Shown piece after piece: positions 37,858 through 45,308 of a DNA stretch of 64,000 nt. The stretch is from Thermofilaceae archaeon (GTDB taxonomy: Archaea; Thermoproteota; Thermoprotei; Thermofilales; Thermofilaceae). Location of the stretch: positions 23,634 through 87,633 of the forward strand of contig JALSNQ010000006.1 in assembly GCA_026986905.1 (NCBI GenBank), in the 5' to 3' direction. Under the pieces are notes generated by a model. It searched no databases. It saw nothing but the letters and a program-made list of their open reading frames with translations, and was not told where the DNA came from. Positions within the stretch are counted from its first letter, which is position 1. Each line of letters begins with the position of its first letter. Both the position numbers and the translations under genes were made by a program.

Positions 37858-37917
37858 GGGGTCAGGCCGGATTCGAGGCATCACCTGGCTCAGTGGGGAG
37901 CGGACCTCTTCATCCCC
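37858..37917 (-). ncRNA. C/D box sRNA (2'-O-methylation guide)
   Basis: Minus strand reads GGGG-AUGAAGA(C)-GGUCCGCUCCCCA-CUGA(D')-GCCAG-GUGAUGC(C')-CUCGAAUCCGGC-CUGA(D)-CCCC. The terminal 4-bp stem, 12-13 nt guides and 60-nt length are all canonical for archaea. Confidence 0.8.
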
Positions 37918-37935
37918 TCATCTGATTACCCCGCA

Positions 37936-38985
37936 CTATATTATATTACATGCAGAGAGCTTTTCCTTTAGGAAGCTAACCCTGTCGTCGACTATGCTTT
38001 TCGTGTACTCGTCACTCACGCTTTCCTCTTCGACGGGCTTTATAGGAGACATGTCTCCCCCTAATATGGCCGCAAGCTCAAGCGCCCAGAGACGCGCCGC
38101 CTCTACGGGTACGTAGCCGCCCCCTCCAGTAACGACCACTTTAGCCCCCTTCTCGACGTAGCTGTGTAGGAGTAACGCTAGCCTCCAATACGAGTTATCA
38201 GTAAACCTCAGCCCCACCAAGGGGTCGCCTCTGTGGCCGTCGACGCCCCCTTGTAGCACTATATAACGGGGCCCATAGCTGTCGAGGAGGGGCGCCAGCA
38301 GTTCCTCGAGCACTTTTTCGAAGACGTCATCGCCGCTTGCAAGCGGTACGGGCACATTTACGTTGAGACACTTCCCCTCTCCCTCTCCTAGTTCATCGAT
38401 CCACCCGGTACCTGGGTAAAACCCGTAGCCATAGCCGTGGACGCTTATCTTTAATATGCTGTCCCGGTAGAGGATATCCTGCGTACCGTCCCCGTGGTGC
38501 GCGTCCACGTCTACCACAGCGGTTCTTCCACGCTTTGAGAGTATGCGTGCAGCCAGGGCGACGTCGTTGAAAACGCAGAAGCCGCCAGCGCTCCTCCTCC
38601 TAGCATGGTGGAAACCGCCCTGAGGGTTGAAACACACGGATCGGTTGTCGAGTTGCTCGGCGCAGTGCACGGTGCCGGATACCGCTAGTAGTGCGTCCTC
38701 GAATACCCCTGGATACGCTGGCGTGTCCCCATAGTCGAGCCACCCCCTCCCACTCTTCGACATTCTTTTTACGTAGTCTACGTATTCCCTATCATGTACA
38801 AGGTACAGTATCTCTTCGCTGTATACTTCCGGCTCGACGACCTCAAATCCGAGTCCAGAGAGTAGTGGAACATATTTCTCGACGAAAATCTCAACCCTCC
38901 TCGTCCACGCCCCCCTCAGCTGGGGCGGGGTGAACGCGATCTTCCTGTATTCGTCTCTATATGAGATGGCGCCCATACTCCTCAT
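37936..38985 (-). CDS. histone deacetylase-family (HDAC/AcuC/acetylpolyamine amidohydrolase) protein
   Basis: GGFHHA and DVDAHHGDGTQ active-site motifs. Confidence 0.85.
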   Translation of the reverse strand: MRSMGAISYRDEYRKIAFTPPQLRGAWTRRVEIFVEKYVPLLSGLGFEVVEPEVYSEEILYLVHDREYVDYVKRMSKSGRGWLDYGDTPAYPGVFEDALLAVSGTVHCAEQLDNRSVCFNPQGGFHHARRRSAGGFCVFNDVALAARILSKRGRTAVVDVDAHHGDGTQDILYRDSILKISVHGYGYGFYPGTGWIDELGEGEGKCLNVNVPVPLASGDDVFEKVLEELLAPLLDSYGPRYIVLQGGVDGHRGDPLVGLRFTDNSYWRLALLLHSYVEKGAKVVVTGGGGYVPVEAARLWALELAAILGGDMSPIKPVEEESVSDEYTKSIVDDRVSFLKEKLSACNII

Positions 38986-39036
38986 GCGGTAGAAATAACG
39001 TGTGAGAGGCTATAATCGCTAGCTCCTCGGCGTCAC

Positions 39037-39046
39037 TTATTAATAT
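39037..39046 (+). promoter_or_regulatory. TATA box for the tRNA-Cys 3'-half transcript
   Basis: TTATTAATAT lies 21-30 nt upstream of 39067. Confidence 0.45.
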
Positions 39047-39066
39047 GCATGGGCTAAGTCTCTACT

Positions 39067-39146
39067 GGGGCCGCGGCACGCCTACGCTGCAGTGGTGGGC
39101 GACAGCCACCCGCTTTGTCCGGGTTCGAGTCCCGGCCCCGGCTCCA
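39067..39146 (+). tRNA. tRNA-Cys(GCA) 3' part of a split gene: leader 39067-39085, exon (pos 31-37) 39086-39092, 15-nt cis intron 39093-39107, exon (pos 38-76 incl. CCA) 39108-39146
   Basis: A perfect 3' module is present: A-CCCGC-UUUGU-CCGGG-UUCGAGU-CCCGG-CCCCGGC-U73-CCA. GCUGCAG supplies G31 plus loop positions 32-37 with anticodon GCA. No acceptor 5' strand or D arm is present locally. The leader is complementary to the trailer at 57031-57044. Confidence 0.75.
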
Positions 39147-39258
39147 TTCTCTATCCGTGAAGCCGTGCCTCTGCGCGGGGTGCCATGTTTTCTTCCCGGG
39201 CCGTTCCCTACGGGAAAAGTTAAAAAGGCTGTGGGGAGGGTTACATATGGCGGTAGCC

Positions 39259-39374
39259 GGGCCCGTAGTCTAGTTGGAAGGATGCCCCCGGGGAGGAGGG
39301 GCCTTAAGCCGCCCTGACAGCCGCCAGGGTTAGAGCGGCGGTGGTCCCGGGTTCAAGTCCCGGCGGGCCCACCA
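39259..39374 (+). tRNA. tRNA-Val(GAC) with two introns (about 24 nt at the 26/27 junction, 39285-39308; 16 nt at canonical 37/38, 39320-39335), CCA encoded
   Basis: Exons give GGGCCCG UA GUCU AGUUGGAA GGAU G CCGCC CUGACAC GGCGG UGGUC CCGGG UUCAAGU CCCGG CGGGCCC A CCA. Anticodon-loop CUGAC pairs with intron GUUAG, as in a BHB. Confidence 0.8.
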
Positions 39375-39430
39375 GTTTTCTGGGTATAATGCTTATATTG
39401 AGAGTCTTTCTAGGTAGGTGGGGCTCGTTA

Positions 39431-39742
39431 ATGTCTGTGAAGGAGCTAAAGCTGGTTGAGGAGCGTGACAACAAGCTAGTGGGCAGGAAGGAGTATGTTT
39501 TCATAGTAGATCACTATGGAAGCGGGACTCCTAGGAGGGCAGAGGTTCGGGAGAAAGTAGCTGAGCTGTTGGGTGTGCCCGCGAACTTTATAGTTGTGCG
39601 TAAGCTCGAGACGGAGTATGGGTTGACTAGGTCTAAGGCGCTAGTCCACGTGTATTCGTCTGAGGCGAGGCTTAGAGAAGTTGAGCCGGAGCACGTTATA
39701 CGTAAAAACTTTGGCGGTGAAAAGGAGGGGGGAGGTGAGTAG
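39431..39742 (+). CDS. rps24e: ribosomal protein S24e
   Basis: [24 protein letters not shown]... The start is set at ATG 39431 because the tracked upstream extension overlaps tRNA-Val. Confidence 0.9.
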   Translation: MSVKELKLVEERDNKLVGRKEYVFIVDHYGSGTPRRAEVREKVAELLGVPANFIVVRKLETEYGLTRSKALVHVYSSEARLREVEPEHVIRKNFGGEKEGGGE

Positions 39743-39744
39743 AC

Positions 39745-39942
39745 GTGTCGTGGGTTCACAAGCTCTACGAATACGACTACGAGAAGGGGACTATTAGGCT
39801 GAAGAATAAGAAATGCCCGAGATGTGGGTCGATAATGGCTCACCACCTGAAACCTGTTGAGAGGTGGCACTGCGGGAAGTGTGGCTACACAGAGTTCGTA
39901 ACCAAGAAGGGTAGCGGCAAGTCCCGGAGAAAGAAGGAGTAA
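39745..39942 (+). CDS. rps27ae: ribosomal protein S27ae
   Basis: Zinc ribbon CPRCGS...CGKCGY. 65 aa. Confidence 0.9.
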   Translation: MSWVHKLYEYDYEKGTIRLKNKKCPRCGSIMAHHLKPVERWHCGKCGYTEFVTKKGSGKSRRKKE

Positions 39943-39965
39943 CGTCAAGGTTTTTACCTCTAGCG

Positions 39966-41702
39966 GTGTTTCTTCTAGGAATCATGCGTGGTGACGATCT
40001 ACTTGTACTAGGCATCGAGAGTACTGCTCACACCTTTGGCGTCGGCATCGCTACTAGTAGTGGCCGGATACTGGCGGACGCCAGGTCTACGTATAAGCCG
40101 CCTCCCGGAGAGGGTATCAAGCCCGTCGAGGCTGCAGAGCACCACAGCAGGGTTGCTGGAGAAGTTTTACGCGAAGCACTGGATGAGGCCGGCGTGGGGC
40201 TCGGCGAGATAGACGGTGTAGCGGTGTCATTGGGGCCTGGGATGGGGCCATGCCTCAGGGTGGGGGCTAGTGTGGCGCGTTTCCTTGCATTGAAGCTCGG
40301 TAAACCCCTTATCCCAGTCAACCACGCTGTGGCGCATATAGAGATTGCGAGGCTCACTACGGGGTTGGAGGACCCGGTTGTCGTCTACGTGTCCGGGGGA
40401 AACACCATGGTTACAACCTTTGTGGGGGGTCGTTACAGGGTGTTCGGGGAAACTCTTGACATCTCGCTTGGGAACTGTCTAGACACATTCGCCAGGGAAG
40501 TCGGGTTGGGTTTTCCAGGTGTGCCAAAGGTGGAAGAGCTGGCCTCAAGGGGCAACGTCCTGCTAGATTTCCCGTACCTCGTGAAGGGTCAGGATCTATC
40601 CTATTCGGGGTTATTGACATATGCCTTGAGGGTTCTCAGGGAGGGGGCGAGGATCGAGGACGTAGCCTATACCCTGGTGGAGTACACGTATACAATGCTT
40701 GTAGAGGTCGCTGAGAGGGCAATGGCTCATACGGGGAAGGCGGAGCTCACAATAACGGGCGGAGTCGCTAGGAGTGAGAAGCTTTCCCGCAAGCTGGAGG
40801 ACATGGCTGAGGAGCGGGGAGCCAGCTTTCGCCCCGTAGAGCCCCGCTATGCAGGCGATAACGGAGCCATGATAGCTTATACTGGCGCGTTGGCGATGAG
40901 CAGCGGGGTTAGCTTGCCAGTAGAGAGGAGTGCTATCAGGCCTCTCTGGAGGATTGACAAGGTCGATATTCCATGGAGGAGAGAGGTGGGAAGGAAAAGC
41001 GGCGAAACATTTGTGCCTCGGCTTAAATTACCTGTTTCCCTATCACGTGTAGAGCCCATAGCTCTAGGAGCAGAAGCGGCGCTCTTCGAGGGGTTCCTGG
41101 CGGGGGAGCATGTAGTCGAAAAGTACAGGCTCTCTAAGGGTTATAGGCTGCCGGAGCTTGACAGGAGGCTTCGCAGGAGGAGAACGGCGTTGGAAGCTAG
41201 AGTGCTCGCCAGGGCTGTTGAAGCGGGGGTAGACGTGCCAGGTATAGTATACGTGTCCCCCGAGGACGCTGTGATAATAGAGGAGTATGTGGAGGGGCGG
41301 AGGCTTAAAGAGATCCTTTCTGAAGAGGGGCTTTCGGAGTACGTGGAAAGTGTTCTTAAAGCTCTTGGCAGGAGCGTTGCGAGGCTGCACGTTTCCGGGG
41401 TTGTCCACGGCGATTTGACTACGAGCAACGTTGTTGTACACGATGGAAGGCCCGTGTTGATCGATTTTGGCCTGAGTGAGTTCCGTAGGGATATAGAGGC
41501 CCGAGCGGTGGATTTACATCTTTTCCTACGTTCGCTGGAATCCACGCATCCATGGTATTCAGACGCTGCCTTTGGGAGGTTTGCCGACGGCTACTCGGAG
41601 GTTGTCGGCAGAGAGAATCTTGAGAGAATCCTGGAAAGGGTGCGTGAAATACGCATGCGGGGGCGCTTTGTGGAGGAGAGGAGACGGGGGGTTTGGGGTT
41701 AA
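39966..41702 (+). CDS. kae1-bud32: fused Kae1-Bud32 protein (tRNA t6A synthesis, KEOPS core)
   Basis: The N-terminal ASKHA fold has VNHAVAHIE. The C-terminal atypical kinase has VHGDLTTSNVVV and LIDFGLS. Confidence 0.9.
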   Translation: MFLLGIMRGDDLLVLGIESTAHTFGVGIATSSGRILADARSTYKPPPGEGIKPVEAAEHHSRVAGEVLREALDEAGVGLGEIDGVAVSLGPGMGPCLRVGASVARFLALKLGKPLIPVNHAVAHIEIARLTTGLEDPVVVYVSGGNTMVTTFVGGRYRVFGETLDISLGNCLDTFAREVGLGFPGVPKVEELASRGNVLLDFPYLVKGQDLSYSGLLTYALRVLREGARIEDVAYTLVEYTYTMLVEVAERAMAHTGKAELTITGGVARSEKLSRKLEDMAEERGASFRPVEPRYAGDNGAMIAYTGALAMSSGVSLPVERSAIRPLWRIDKVDIPWRREVGRKSGETFVPRLKLPVSLSRVEPIALGAEAALFEGFLAGEHVVEKYRLSKGYRLPELDRRLRRRRTALEARVLARAVEAGVDVPGIVYVSPEDAVIIEEYVEGRRLKEILSEEGLSEYVESVLKALGRSVARLHVSGVVHGDLTTSNVVVHDGRPVLIDFGLSEFRRDIEARAVDLHLFLRSLESTHPWYSDAAFGRFADGYSEVVGRENLERILERVREIRMRGRFVEERRRGVWG

Positions 41703-41711
41703 AGGGTGGGC

Positions 41712-41786
41712 AGGCCCGTAGCTGGCCGAAGTGCGGCCCCGTTAAGGGGGTGGCCGCCGCCCTGTCCACTAGGCTACGGGCCCACA
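41712..41786. other. tRNA-like / rod-like structured element between convergent genes (unassigned)
   Basis: The minus strand begins GGGCCCG UA GCCU AGUGGACA GGGC G GCGGC, a perfect tRNA 5' half. It then lacks a T arm and folds back with an 11-bp terminal helix. On the plus strand the same stem is followed by ACA. Confidence 0.3.
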
Positions 41787-41789
41787 CAT

Positions 41790-42029
41790 CTAAGATGTCT
41801 GCCGCTTAGATAACTCCTTTGCTACACTAGTTACGGCCGCGTAGCACCTGAGTACGTCGTTTGCGAGGCTTTTCAAGTCGCCAGCGCTTTCCCCTGCTAT
41901 ACAGTACTCGATGGTCGCCCCCGTGTGCCGCGAATGTAGGGCCACTGCTCCCAACTCCGCGTCGTCCGGTTTAAGTGAAAGCCATACTTCACGTGAACCG
42001 GGTAAGAGGATCCTGATCCTATACTTCAT
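41790..42029 (-). CDS. pcc1: probable KEOPS subunit Pcc1
   Basis: 79 aa. The pattern ...IEYCIAGESAGDLKSLANDVLRCYAAVTSV resembles the Pcc1 C-terminal helix. It is convergent with kae1-bud32. Confidence 0.5.
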   Translation of the reverse strand: MKYRIRILLPGSREVWLSLKPDDAELGAVALHSRHTGATIEYCIAGESAGDLKSLANDVLRCYAAVTSVAKELSKRQTS

Positions 42030-43419
42030 GGTTCTCCGCCAGGGCCTCCACGAGGCTGTCCACCTGGCCTTTCTCTATAAGTATCCCGCCTGCCGCCGGG
42101 TGGCCGCCACCATACGCGTTAAGCTTCGCGGAGACCTTCTGTAGTAGGCTACCTATGTCCACCTCTTCCTTCACGCGTCTAAAGGAGACCTTCAGGTGGC
42201 TGTCGTCGACTGGGGCTGCCACGCCTACAAGCTTCACTTTAGCAGCCGCGGCGGAGGAGACTAGGAGGCTTGAGAGGGGGCCCGTGAGCTTAGGCTTCCC
42301 CTCCTCCCCTAGTATATATAGGAGTATGCCGTCCCTTTCAACTAGGCTGCGCCCCTCCTCTATCGTCCTTAAAAGCCTTGATAGCACGCGTTTATACTCT
42401 TTCATCGCGTCGAGGGCACGGACCAGGTAGCGGCCTCTATAACCCATGTTTACCGCCAGTGCTGTGCCGTAACGGTCCATTCTGCCCAGCGCGTTGAGCA
42501 TATAGGCGTATTCTCTTAGGTCGTGGAAGGGGCTTCCCGGGGCTTCGCGTGTATATAGGTATATATATCCGAAGATGCGCTCTGCCTCTTTTAGGGGCAC
42601 GCCCTTTGAGAGCAGATATTTGATAAGCTCTGTTGCCAGTGTTTTTATCTCATCGGGTGTGAGGGAAGAATACATCCTTAATTTACCATTTTCTGTGGGT
42701 TTTATCCCTATTTTCCTTAAAAAATCGTAGCACGCCGCCTCGTTTCCCGTGAGACCTGGAAGGTAGGGGTCAAACGTGTTTGCCAGGGCCCTTACAAGCG
42801 GTCTCTGAGATACGCCGAAGAGTCTTAGACCGACCTTGTACTCTACGAGCTCTAGCTTCCTGGCTTCCTCTACAATCGTCTTGTTAATACCCACCAGGGA
42901 AAACTTTGGGCCGGCGTCCTGCCTATCGCCGAGCGCGCCTGTTAAGGCTAAATGCGCCGCCGCCTCCGGCGCACCGCCAAGCGCCTTATAGACTAGATAC
43001 GTGACGCCCGCTGCGCTAACCTCCTTTGAGGCGTCTATACCCGCGAGATGGGGGTTTACCTCGACGATATCCTTCACGTCCCCGAGTGAGAGGTGGTGGT
43101 CTATGATCAGTATCTTCTCGGCAGGTATGTTTGAGAGAAGCGTCTTATAGCCGCTTCCCAGGTCTAGAAATACGATGTTTCTATATCCAAGCTTGCCGAC
43201 CTCATCTACTATGGAGGGGTAGAGTTGCTCCACTATTTTAAGGTGGAAGGGAGCTTTCAGCTGCTGGAGGAGCATCGTGAAAATAGAGGCAGATGACAAC
43301 CCGTCCGCGTCATAGTGGGAGACCACGAGTATAGGCTCGCCGCTATCCACCATGTCTTCTACGAGGCTGGCGCCGCTAGAGAGCATGTCGTCGAGGGATA
43401 CGCCGGCCATCAACACCAC
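42019..43419 (-). CDS. DHH-family RecJ/Cdc45-like protein
   Basis: HYDADGLSS and IIDHH motifs, with a DHHA1-like C-terminus containing GGGH. Confidence 0.8.
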   Translation of the reverse strand: MVLMAGVSLDDMLSSGASLVEDMVDSGEPILVVSHYDADGLSSASIFTMLLQQLKAPFHLKIVEQLYPSIVDEVGKLGYRNIVFLDLGSGYKTLLSNIPAEKILIIDHHLSLGDVKDIVEVNPHLAGIDASKEVSAAGVTYLVYKALGGAPEAAAHLALTGALGDRQDAGPKFSLVGINKTIVEEARKLELVEYKVGLRLFGVSQRPLVRALANTFDPYLPGLTGNEAACYDFLRKIGIKPTENGKLRMYSSLTPDEIKTLATELIKYLLSKGVPLKEAERIFGYIYLYTREAPGSPFHDLREYAYMLNALGRMDRYGTALAVNMGYRGRYLVRALDAMKEYKRVLSRLLRTIEEGRSLVERDGILLYILGEEGKPKLTGPLSSLLVSSAAAAKVKLVGVAAPVDDSHLKVSFRRVKEEVDIGSLLQKVSAKLNAYGGGHPAAGGILIEKGQVDSLVEALAENHEV

Positions 43420-43463
43420 AATAGTGTAATGGGGGTGTATAGTAAAAAGCTCTGAGTCCAGTA

Positions 43464-43922
43464 TTAGACGTATATGGCTATCTTTTCTGGCTCGTACTTC
43501 CAGTCCTGCGGTAGGACACCTACCCGTTTATAATACTTTGCTAGCCTGTAGATCTTGCTTTCCACTAGTTGTAGTCCACGCTTGGAGTGGAAGTCTTTTG
43601 GGTGCTCTTCGAGGTGGCGCCTTATCCTCACAGCCCTGCGGATCAGGTTAAACAGGTCTTCTGGTATCTCCGGGGCCATGCCACGTTCGCGTAGTATTCT
43701 GAGCATTTTCTTGCCTGTAACCGCCTTTACGAGGGGGATGCCGTACTGGTCTCTTAGGAGTATTCCTATAACTGACAGCGGGTAACCCTTCTTATAGAGG
43801 TTTACGACAAGTTCTTCGACTTTTTCCGGAGGCATGGTCACCCATTCGGGTTTCTCAAGGATTGGCGGACGCGTGGAGTGAGAGCTTCCCCTCTTCTTCG
43901 ACTTCCTCATATGTGTCCCCAC
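43464..43922 (-). CDS. rps15: ribosomal protein S15 (uS15/S13e)
   Basis: [11 protein letters not shown]... and the typical uS15 C-terminal helices. Confidence 0.9.
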   Translation of the reverse strand: MGTHMRKSKKRGSSHSTRPPILEKPEWVTMPPEKVEELVVNLYKKGYPLSVIGILLRDQYGIPLVKAVTGKKMLRILRERGMAPEIPEDLFNLIRRAVRIRRHLEEHPKDFHSKRGLQLVESKIYRLAKYYKRVGVLPQDWKYEPEKIAIYV

Positions 43923-43961
43923 CTTTCAGCCTTACCCGGTGATATTAACTTTACCCAAGCG

Positions 43962-44660
43962 TCACAATGCGACGGATCCTCTATTTTTCTTCGGAGACTT
44001 GGGTTCCCGCACTCTATACTCGTTGCCCCTAATTTCGAGCACAAGATAGCCTCGCGGCGGCTCAGGAGTCTCAGATACGGCTATCACTCTCCCCCTCTCA
44101 TATACGCTTAGTGGAGCCCTTTCTCCCCTATATACTAGGAGTGCTTCACCTCTCCTGTAAGCATACCCTAAGGCGTACGCGAGTAGCCGCTGCGGCAACT
44201 CTGCTCCTTCCTTAGAACTCTCCGCTAACATGAAGATGTCTAGTATCATGCTAGCACAGTCTCTCCTAACATTGTCCTCGCTCCTCGCGGCTCTTTTAAG
44301 AGCCTCCAAGCCCTTACTCGAAAATTCTTCTATGAGTACTCTGCTACGCCACAAGGGTATACTTCCCTCCCCGGAAAGCGCGCTGCATACTACCTCGACG
44401 ACGTCGCTTAAGACGGGCTTTGAGGAAAAAACCACACGACGCTTAATTTGGTCTACTAGGATGAACTCCGCCCTTCTTTCACGGAGCAGCTGTAAGAGAG
44501 ACGCCAGGAGGTCCTCCGAGAGGAGACCCCCTTTAATCTGCAAGCCCCTTATATACCCTGACTCTAGGGCTGAGAGTATTTTTTCAAACATGTCTGCTAG
44601 CCTTGAGGGGGGTCCGCCTTGCCGGGTAGTCCTCACGGACCCTCGGCCCACTGAAGGCAC
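43962..44660 (-). CDS. hypothetical protein
   Basis: 232 aa with no motif recognised. A possible internal start is at MFEKIL. Confidence 0.4.
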   Translation of the reverse strand: MPSVGRGSVRTTRQGGPPSRLADMFEKILSALESGYIRGLQIKGGLLSEDLLASLLQLLRERRAEFILVDQIKRRVVFSSKPVLSDVVEVVCSALSGEGSIPLWRSRVLIEEFSSKGLEALKRAARSEDNVRRDCASMILDIFMLAESSKEGAELPQRLLAYALGYAYRRGEALLVYRGERAPLSVYERGRVIAVSETPEPPRGYLVLEIRGNEYRVREPKSPKKNRGSVAL

Positions 44661-44690
44661 GTCATCCCCCCACGCTTCTTAGAGCTTGTT

Positions 44691-45287
44691 CTAAAGAAAA
44701 GTGTTTCTAGCTGCCCATTTTTCCTTGAAAAGCGTATAGGTTGCCAGCGTCTTTGCATCAACTATTTCTCCCCTCTTTATCATTTCTTCAAACTCTTTCA
44801 GAGGTATCTCGAGAACCTCTATTATCTCATAGTCTTCAGGTTTTCTTTCCCCTCTTTCAGGGTTTTCTGCCAAGAATGCATACAACTTTTCGTCGCTGTA
44901 ACCTGGGGAGGAATAAAAAGCTCCTAGAGAAACAACGCGCCTAGCGATATACCCCGTCTCTTCCGCTAGCTCTCTTACCGCGCAGGCCTCGGGCTCTTCC
45001 CCAGGTTCAAGCGTTCCTGCTGGAAGCTCATATATCCAGCCATCGAGGGCGGGCCTATATTGTTTTTCAAGTACAACATTGCCGTTCTTCGTTAGAGCCA
45101 GAATTACTACAGCCCCCGGGTGCCTTACAACCTCTTTCTCATATGTTCTACCCTGATGCGTGTAGCGGATCTTTTCTACAGAAAACCTTCTGCCTCTATA
45201 CACCTCGTCTCGGGAAACTATTTCTGGCTCAGGGGGCCTATTCCCATGTTTCACACTCTTGGAGACCGCATCTCCCTTAAATACCAC
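44691..45287 (-). CDS. NUDIX hydrolase (ADP-ribose pyrophosphatase-like)
   Basis: Nudix box GTLEPGEEPEACAVRELAEETG. Confidence 0.85.
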   Translation of the reverse strand: MVFKGDAVSKSVKHGNRPPEPEIVSRDEVYRGRRFSVEKIRYTHQGRTYEKEVVRHPGAVVILALTKNGNVVLEKQYRPALDGWIYELPAGTLEPGEEPEACAVRELAEETGYIARRVVSLGAFYSSPGYSDEKLYAFLAENPERGERKPEDYEIIEVLEIPLKEFEEMIKRGEIVDAKTLATYTLFKEKWAARNTFL

Positions 45288-45308
45288 TTTCTCTTCTGTG
45301 GAAAGGAA

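Noticed and set aside
39067-39146. Attempt to read this locus as a complete cis-encoded tRNA. I tried the acceptors GGGGCCG, GCCGCGG and ACUGGGG, several anticodon-arm registers, and introns in the acceptor stem.
   Set aside because: No register gives a D arm or a paired acceptor stem. GGGGCCG pairs with CGGCCCC only at the cost of destroying the T arm. The trans model with 57002-57030 explains every nucleotide.
39045-39504. ORFs 39045-39317 (+) and 39304-39504 (-), and the N-terminal extension of 39341-39742.
   Set aside because: They run straight through the tRNA-Cys 3' part and tRNA-Val. Only the S24e portion from ATG 39431 is credible.
41712-41783. This element as the missing 5' half for the tRNA 3' part at 39108-39146.
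   Set aside because: Its acceptor 5' strand GGGCCCG does not pair with CCCCGGC. The true partner, GCCGGGG, is at 57002.
41712-41786. H/ACA box sRNA on the plus strand (10-bp lower stem followed by ACA).
   Set aside because: I could find no K-turn or K-loop (no tandem G-A pairs). The pocket would be very asymmetric, at about 10 versus 15 nt. It is kept only as an unassigned structured element.
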